Made by a program: the position numbers and the translations under genes. Shown here piece after piece: positions 57,112 to 64,000 of a stretch of DNA of 64,000 bases (its first letter is position 1; every line of letters starts with the position of its first letter). This DNA comes from Eledone cirrhosa (lineage: Eukaryota), in contig OZ024749.1 in assembly GCA_964016885.1 (NCBI GenBank), positions 31,124,001 to 31,188,000 of the forward strand. The letters are read 5' to 3'. Below the pieces are notes generated by a model that ran no database searches, had not been told where the DNA came from, and worked only from the letters and a program-made list of their open reading frames with translations.

Positions 57112-57169
<58 letters not shown>

Positions 57170-57291
57170 TATAACCGACCTGGACCCATTGGAATTGTCG
57201 GTAAAATCCAAATGCAGTGTTTCTATAACACCTACATCAATAATACTGTCTGCTTAAAACAGTAAGCTTTTGGTATAATGATCGAACAAGG

Positions 57292-57360
<69 letters not shown>

Positions 57361-57591
57361 TAGGGGTGGATTGGAAGACATATGAATATTTCAAACTGTA
57401 ATCAAACAAAGAATAACTCAGAAGCCCTTTTAATTGCTGTTAATATACGTCTATATATAGTTTCAAATGATACAGCTTAGGGTCAAAGCAGATGTTATTT
57501 GCTTAATCTCTTAAACTCCTATATATATACTTATATATATATATATCTATCTATCTATCTATCTATCTATATATATATATATATATATAAG

Positions 57592-57665
<74 letters not shown>

Positions 57666-58296
57666 ACCCTTATCTAGTCTTATCTCGATTTTAGTCTTTG
57701 TATTTATCATACGACTTAAATATATATATGTATATATATATATGTATATTTGGAGAGAGAGAGAGGGGGAGTGAGAGAGTGACTTATATTTATTTCTATA
57801 CCCACATCACCTACTTTCCCACACACACACGCACTCTCACAATTAGTTTCATGGTCAAATCCTTCTACCTTTATAACAGCGCCATCAAAGACTGGGTGAC
57901 TGGGTCCTTTTTAAAAAGCACGCCTTGTTGCAAACAGTCCGCCAGGCTTCTCGTTTGATGCTATTTTCTTCCTTGTCTGACACGAATCTCAAAATACCAT
58001 AAATCAGTATCGAAATAGACTTGACAATATTCAAAATACGCAAGAGAAACACTGATTCAGTTTGCAGAAAGTTTTCTTTAAAAATGTTGCCTCATTGATT
58101 ACAACACAGCGTGATAGTGAAGTATCGCCGTTTGCCGAGACATTCTGAGTAATGACTGTTATCTATTTATTTTGTGACGTTTGGCCAGACGCGTTTAAGA
58201 TGAAGCTATTTTAAAACTGTATCTCACAAACCCACTCACTCTCTCAGGTGACCACTCATTTATAACTATTTTCTCGTTGGCCCCCCAAAACATATT

Positions 58297-58914
58297 ATTA
58301 TTATTCGGTGGATTCTGAGTTCAAATCCCGCCGATATCGTTTTGAGTTCAAATCATACCGAGGTAAACATTCCCTTTCTGGGGTCGGTGAATGTAAAATA
58401 TTAGTTGAGTACCAGTCTCGATAAAAAGTAATATCATCATTATATAAACAAATCCCGCCGAGGTTGACTTTGCCTTTCATCCTTACGGGGTCGATAAAAT
58501 AAAGTACCAGTAATGCACTGGGTAATTGCTGGCCTTGTGCCTAACGTAGAAACAATTATTATTCGGTGGATTCGCAGTATCGGTAGAGGGTCGGACGCCA
58601 TGCTTTGACGCATAGAGTTACGGTTCTTGCCATTCTGAGTTCAAATCCCGCCGAGGTTAACTTTGCCTTTCATCCTTACGGGGTCGATAAAATAAAGTAC
58701 CAATAATGCACTGGATATGTGCTGGCCTTGTGCCTAAAGTAGAAACAATTATTATTGTTATTTTTAATATGTTTTTTTAAATTATTTTAGAGGACGTTTC
58801 TATTTAAGTTTGGAACCGTTAATTTAAAATAAATTCATCCTTACGGGGTCGATAAAATAAAGTACCAGTAATGCACTGGGTAATTGCTGGCCTTGTGCCA
58901 AAAGTAGAAACAGT
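58297..58914 (+). mobile_element. SINE cluster: chimeric copy 58316-58554, full copy about 58564-58747, 3' fragment about 58835-58914
   Basis: Three cores. 19-bp TSD around the chimeric copy. Confidence 0.88.
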
Positions 58915-58994
58915 TAATTTAAAATAAAAATAATATATAATGCATGCAACAAAAAATTGACGACAACAAAACAACAACCACGACTGTGACTAAG

Positions 58995-60500
58995 TCAAGA
59001 CAGCAGCACCACCACCACCACCAACAACAACCCCACCACCACCATTAGCACCACCAACAGCCCCACCACCAATACCACCATCATTAGCACCACCACGACC
59101 GACAACAGAAACAACAAAACTATGACGGTGGTCTCGACAACACAAACATCAGCACCACCATCACCATCATCGCCATCATCAGCAGCACCACCACAACCAA
59201 CAGGGCCTTCAGCACCACGAACAACGACAGCAACAACAACCACGACGGTGGTCTCGACAACACAAACACCAGCACCACCATCACCACCATCACCATCATC
59301 GCCATCATCAGCAGCACCACCATCACCATCATCGCCATCATCAGCAGCACCACCACAACCAACAGGTCCTTTCAGCACCACGAACAACAACAGCAACAAC
59401 AACCACGACTCTGAGATCGACAACACAAACATCACCACCACCATCACCATCATCGCCATCATCAGCAGCACGACCATCACCATCATCGCCATCATCAGCA
59501 GCACCACCACAACCAACAACAACAAAAATAAACACCACTGTGGCGCTAACAACACGAACATCAGCACCACCATCACCACGTGTACCACCACCACCACCTC
59601 TACCCCCACCACCACTACAAACAACAACAATAACCATTACATGTACACCATCGTCATCAATCCCCACCACCAACGCCACCACCACCACCACCAACAACAA
59701 TAACAACAATAACAACAACATTTCCACGACACAAACACCATCACCACCACCACCAACAACACCACCACCAACAACAACAACAACAAGACTACGACCACCA
59801 GCGCTATAAACAACAACAACAATAACCACGACATGAACACCATCGTCATCACCCGCTCCCACCCCACCATCACCGTCAACAATAACAACAACAACAACAC
59901 TGTCCACGACACAAACGCTATCATCACCACCACCACCACCGCCATCCACCACCACCAGCACGACCACCAACACTACCACCACCAGCACCACGAATAACAA
60001 CAACAATAACCACGACAGGAACACCACCACCACACCGCCACCGCCATCCACCACCACCGCCCCCACCACCACCACCACCAACACTACCACCACCAGCACC
60101 ACGAATAACAACAACAATAACCACGACAGGAACACCACCACCACAACGCCACCGCCATCCACCACCACCGCCCCCACCACAACCACCACCACCACCACCA
60201 CCAACACTACCCCCACCAGCACCACGAATAACAACAACAATAACCACGACAGGAACACCACCACCACCACCGCCATCCACCACCACCGCCATCCACCACC
60301 ACCGCCATCCACCACCACCACCACCACCACCACCACCACCACCACGAATAACAACAACAATAACCACGACATGAACACCACCATCATCACCATAGTAGGC
60401 ATCAACGCCACCACCATCACACCCCACCCCCACCCCCACCAATAACAACAATACCAAACACAACGATGACTAGGGTAACAACAACAACAACAACAACTAT
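58995..60500. repeat. CAC/CAA-rich compound minisatellite
   Basis: Recurring units such as CACCACGAATAACAACAACAATAACCACGACAGGAAC and CATCATCGCCATCATCAGCAGCACCAC. Confidence 0.88.
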
Positions 60501-60678
60501 ACTATATCGGTAGTATGAACACAGTAATCAATATTAATGTTAGAAATAACACCAAGGGGCATCCTTAAAAAGTAAGTAACAATAAACAGCGGGAAATGTC
60601 GAGGTCGATATGATTGTATGTACTGAAGATAGCAAACATTGTTCAGGTTTCAGGTTTTAAATACACACACAGACACAC

Positions 60679-60754
<76 letters not shown>

Positions 60755-60832
60755 ACTCTCTCTCTTTCCCTCTCCCTCACTCTCTCACTCTCTCTCTCAC
60801 ACGTACATACACACACATACATACACACACAT

Positions 60833-60878
<46 letters not shown>

Positions 60879-61160
60879 TATGAAGAGAGAAGAATTGTTT
60901 GTGACAAACAAAATGGCGTAGGATAGAAGAAAGGAAAGGCACAGAAACGAAGAAAGAAATCCCCAGTCACTGAAGAGGTCACAGAGTGTGTGACGAAAGA
61001 ACTATGACTATATATATATAAACAACTATCTGGTTGTGGAACCAACCAACCAACCAGAAATTTATAAATTTGTAAATTTATAAATATATAATAAATTAAA
61101 TTTAAGTGAAAGCAACTGGTGCGTGTGTTTCTTATTGGCAACATGACCCTCCCAAAGTAT

Positions 61161-61201
<41 letters not shown>

Positions 61202-61204
<3 letters not shown>

Positions 61205-61286
61205 CGAAAGAGTTGTGGTAAGGAACCAGATGGACCAGAAATAGCCGTCGAAATGGCCTGAGCTCTGCCGCCGGGGTCATAAATGT

Positions 61287-61289
<3 letters not shown>
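61202..61289. mobile_element. Minimal two-ended insert, family P
   Basis: TAACGAAAGAGTTGTGGTAAGGAACCAGATGGACCA (inverted tail of 40294) joined to AGCCGTCGAAATGGCCTGAGCTCTGCCG. (TA)n flanks. Confidence 0.65.
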
Positions 61290-61324
<35 letters not shown>

Positions 61325-62384
61325 AATTATACAATTATCAAAGTTGTGTTCAAATCATTTAATACCTGACAATCGTTTCTTCCAAACTCTCGTTTGGAAT
61401 CATCGGAGCCTTATCAATGTATGCACATATAATTAACCTCCTACTCAACTGAACAATAATATAGATACATATAAATTGATATTGTGCGCAACAGTTTCGT
61501 ATTTACAGGGTGGAATGGATGTGACATATATTTTACGAGAATTTTACAATAATTGTACAAACATTCAAGTTCAAATTAAAATTAAAATATACATGAGAAG
61601 GAGACAAGCAAAGACATTATGCATATATAGATAAATAAATACTGCACTTTACGCAAATATGTTAATGTATTAGAATCTATGGTGGATACTGAATGTTGAT
61701 AGTGTTCGAATTTATGTGTGTTGAGAAACATACAGTTTTTGCAGATTTTTCCACGACATACGTTGAATTAAATTTTAGTTAATGTTCATATTGAATGTTT
61801 TAAGTTAGTTAGAGTAATGGATTGTAAATTAGTCTTAATGAATTCATATTCACAGACTATATTTGATCAGCCGTTAAATTTTATATATATATATATGGTG
61901 GCTGCCAACTCGTTTTCGAGTACGGCCACTACTTTATATCCATGTAGGAGAACCCCTACTGATGCGCTGAACGAGTGTGACTTTTTAGTCCAGCCAGCGA
62001 CTTGAAAGCTCTGGTACAAACACTACACTTGTGACAATTATTGACACATAGTGCTGGGCCCATGGTACCATGTGACGACAAATGCAGAGAGATCTCCAGA
62101 TATAAAGCAATGCCTGTGCCGTGAAGCTTTTATAGTGAGCAAAGGCACTGCACAAAGCCAGTCCCACTCTCTTAACCAAGATGATATTTACCAAAAAGAA
62201 GAACAAGTCAACATCATTGGATACCATCAGGGTTGCAGGTGTTATATCAGAGTTTTCCTTCTCCTAGAATTCTGCCTTGACAAAGGCTAAGGGGTCATCT
62301 CTCCCATATATATATATATACATATATATACGTACATATATATCCGTACATATATATACGTACATATATAAACATACGCATATA

Positions 62385-62502
<118 letters not shown>

Positions 62503-62508
62503 GAGAGA

Positions 62509-63660
62509 GAGGTAGAACACTGGAAGGTAATATCCGTAGTGGTAGACCACTCAGTCCATGGGACGAGTTAGGTAGAAGTAACACAACAGTTAGTTCATCA
62601 TACCGAGAAAAATTGTTTCACCTTAGCGGATCTTCAGCTCGTAGTAGACATGGTTATATTGATCAGGAAGGACAACCGTATGAACGCGCATGCGCAGAAG
62701 CGGTCACTTAACACAGGCAATACAAAAGTGCGTGCGAGGAGTGTAAGGGAGATAACTGCGAAAGTCCGAAAGGTTCTAGTTGATAAGAAAATTAGGATGT
62801 TGCTGTTATTCAATCCGGAGCTTTGTAGTTATGTAAGAGGTGTTTCCAGACATGTGGACAACGTGTGAAGAAATCATAACTTAGTTTAGGCAATCGCTAT
62901 TGCGTAATCTCTTTAGAATATGTATCCGTTCATCAATACATAGTCCACAAGACGGATTGCCCCTTGCGTATGGCTTGGACTTAGTGATGGCTTTCCATTG
63001 AATGGAGTTGTCTATACTTGAGTCTTTGAGGGACCATACGTGGCTCGCGTGTTTCGTGGATGATCGTTTATCCGGGTACCTAAACGTCGACTCATGGTTA
63101 AGGAAGCATCGCTTAAATCGGACCTCTGTCATAGGATTTGACCTCCTCTGGTTGATTTGGTAGGTTGGAAGTGACCTCAGCTTCATAAACTACAGCGAGT
63201 GTGTTGCATTGTTGTTGAAGGGGACAAGCTTCAGGCATTCAGCAAGACCACCCGGTGGGGTGTGGCTCTTAGGGCTGTTGGTGATGTGGGCCTTCATATT
63301 CTTAGCGCAGGAGTACCCTAGTTTTACTTTGTGTCTGTTAAAGATGGAGCGGTATCTTTGACCTATGGGAAAGTGTTTATCTAAGAGGGCTAAAAATGTT
63401 TTTCCGACATTGGTTTTAACGTTGAGTGAGAAGGGAGGAGAGATTGTTTGTCTATTGTTACACTTTCTTTTCTTATTGCTGTTGCTGTTAGTGGGAGAGT
63501 AAGTGATAGATTGCGAGAACTCTCTGTTAGCTAAATTAACAATAACCATTAAACAAATTGTAATATATTGTAATTGTATTCCAATTTAATTTCTTGCCAT
63601 GGATATGGCAGATATTTGTTGGTAAATAAATGCTTTGTTGACTGAGGCCATTGCATGTTT
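62509..63660 (-). mobile_element. Penelope-like element remnant C (possibly Naiad-like) with family O pLTR and hammerhead (about 62604-62642)
   Basis: PPFSLNVKTNVGKTFLALLDKHFP...IFNRHKVKLGYSC and FLNHESTF...WSLK...IQWK...CGLCIDER. Hammerhead CGAG-CTGAAGA-TCCGCTAAGGT-GAAA-CAATT-TT-CTCG. Right boundary uncertain. Confidence 0.83.
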
Positions 63661-64000
63661 TAAAAATGTTTAATTAGTAGTTACATTTTACTCCGTTATA
63701 TAGTCCATCTTAAAGAGAGGATGGACTCCATCAGGTTTAATGATAAAAACCTGTCAATACAGCTCCTCTAAGATATTACCGGGAGATTCTAGAATATGCA
63801 TGCATCGATAGTAGTCCATGGCCAGCACAAAAATGCCATACCTGTGACCAACATTATTCCAGCGGTAACAAAACACTGAGAAGTTCTTTTTCTTTTCTTT
63901 TTTTTACAATTACTGAATATATAGAACTGCAGTATTAATATGTGTTTCATATTTTGAGAATTTCGTGTAAAACAGAAGTTTTATATAATTATAGAACAAT

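Noticed and set aside
58995-60463. Mucin-like and poly-Val/Gly ORFs
   Set aside because: Open on both strands and several frames because of CAC/CAA repeats. No domain or splice evidence.
61985-62290. Short non-repetitive ORFs as possible host exons
   Set aside because: No recognisable domain or splice structure.

Overview
AT-rich, microsatellite-saturated metazoan non-coding DNA. The repeat landscape resembles an octopus or other cephalopod genome (inference only). I found no convincing host protein-coding gene, and almost all short ORFs in the track are translations of simple repeats. The window holds a near full-length but frameshifted R4/Dong-type non-LTR retrotransposon (about 25.1-29.1 kb), a second 3' copy at 1-1.5 kb and a distant relative. 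It also holds fragments of Tx1/L1, CRE and RTE LINEs, three Penelope-like element (PLE) GIY-YIG remnants, about 25 tRNA-derived SINE copies, a non-autonomous Helitron and small MITEs. The most striking feature is a recurrent class of non-coding fold-back inserts, about 80-700 bp, sitting in (TA)n tracts. They come from several sequence-distinct families but share one architecture: type I hammerhead ribozyme with a palindromic stem III, then AATAAA, then a one-sided tail that often carries GAGTRCT(C). Two families are attached to PLE endonuclease remnants elsewhere in the window, which identifies them as inverted PLE pseudo-LTR pairs.
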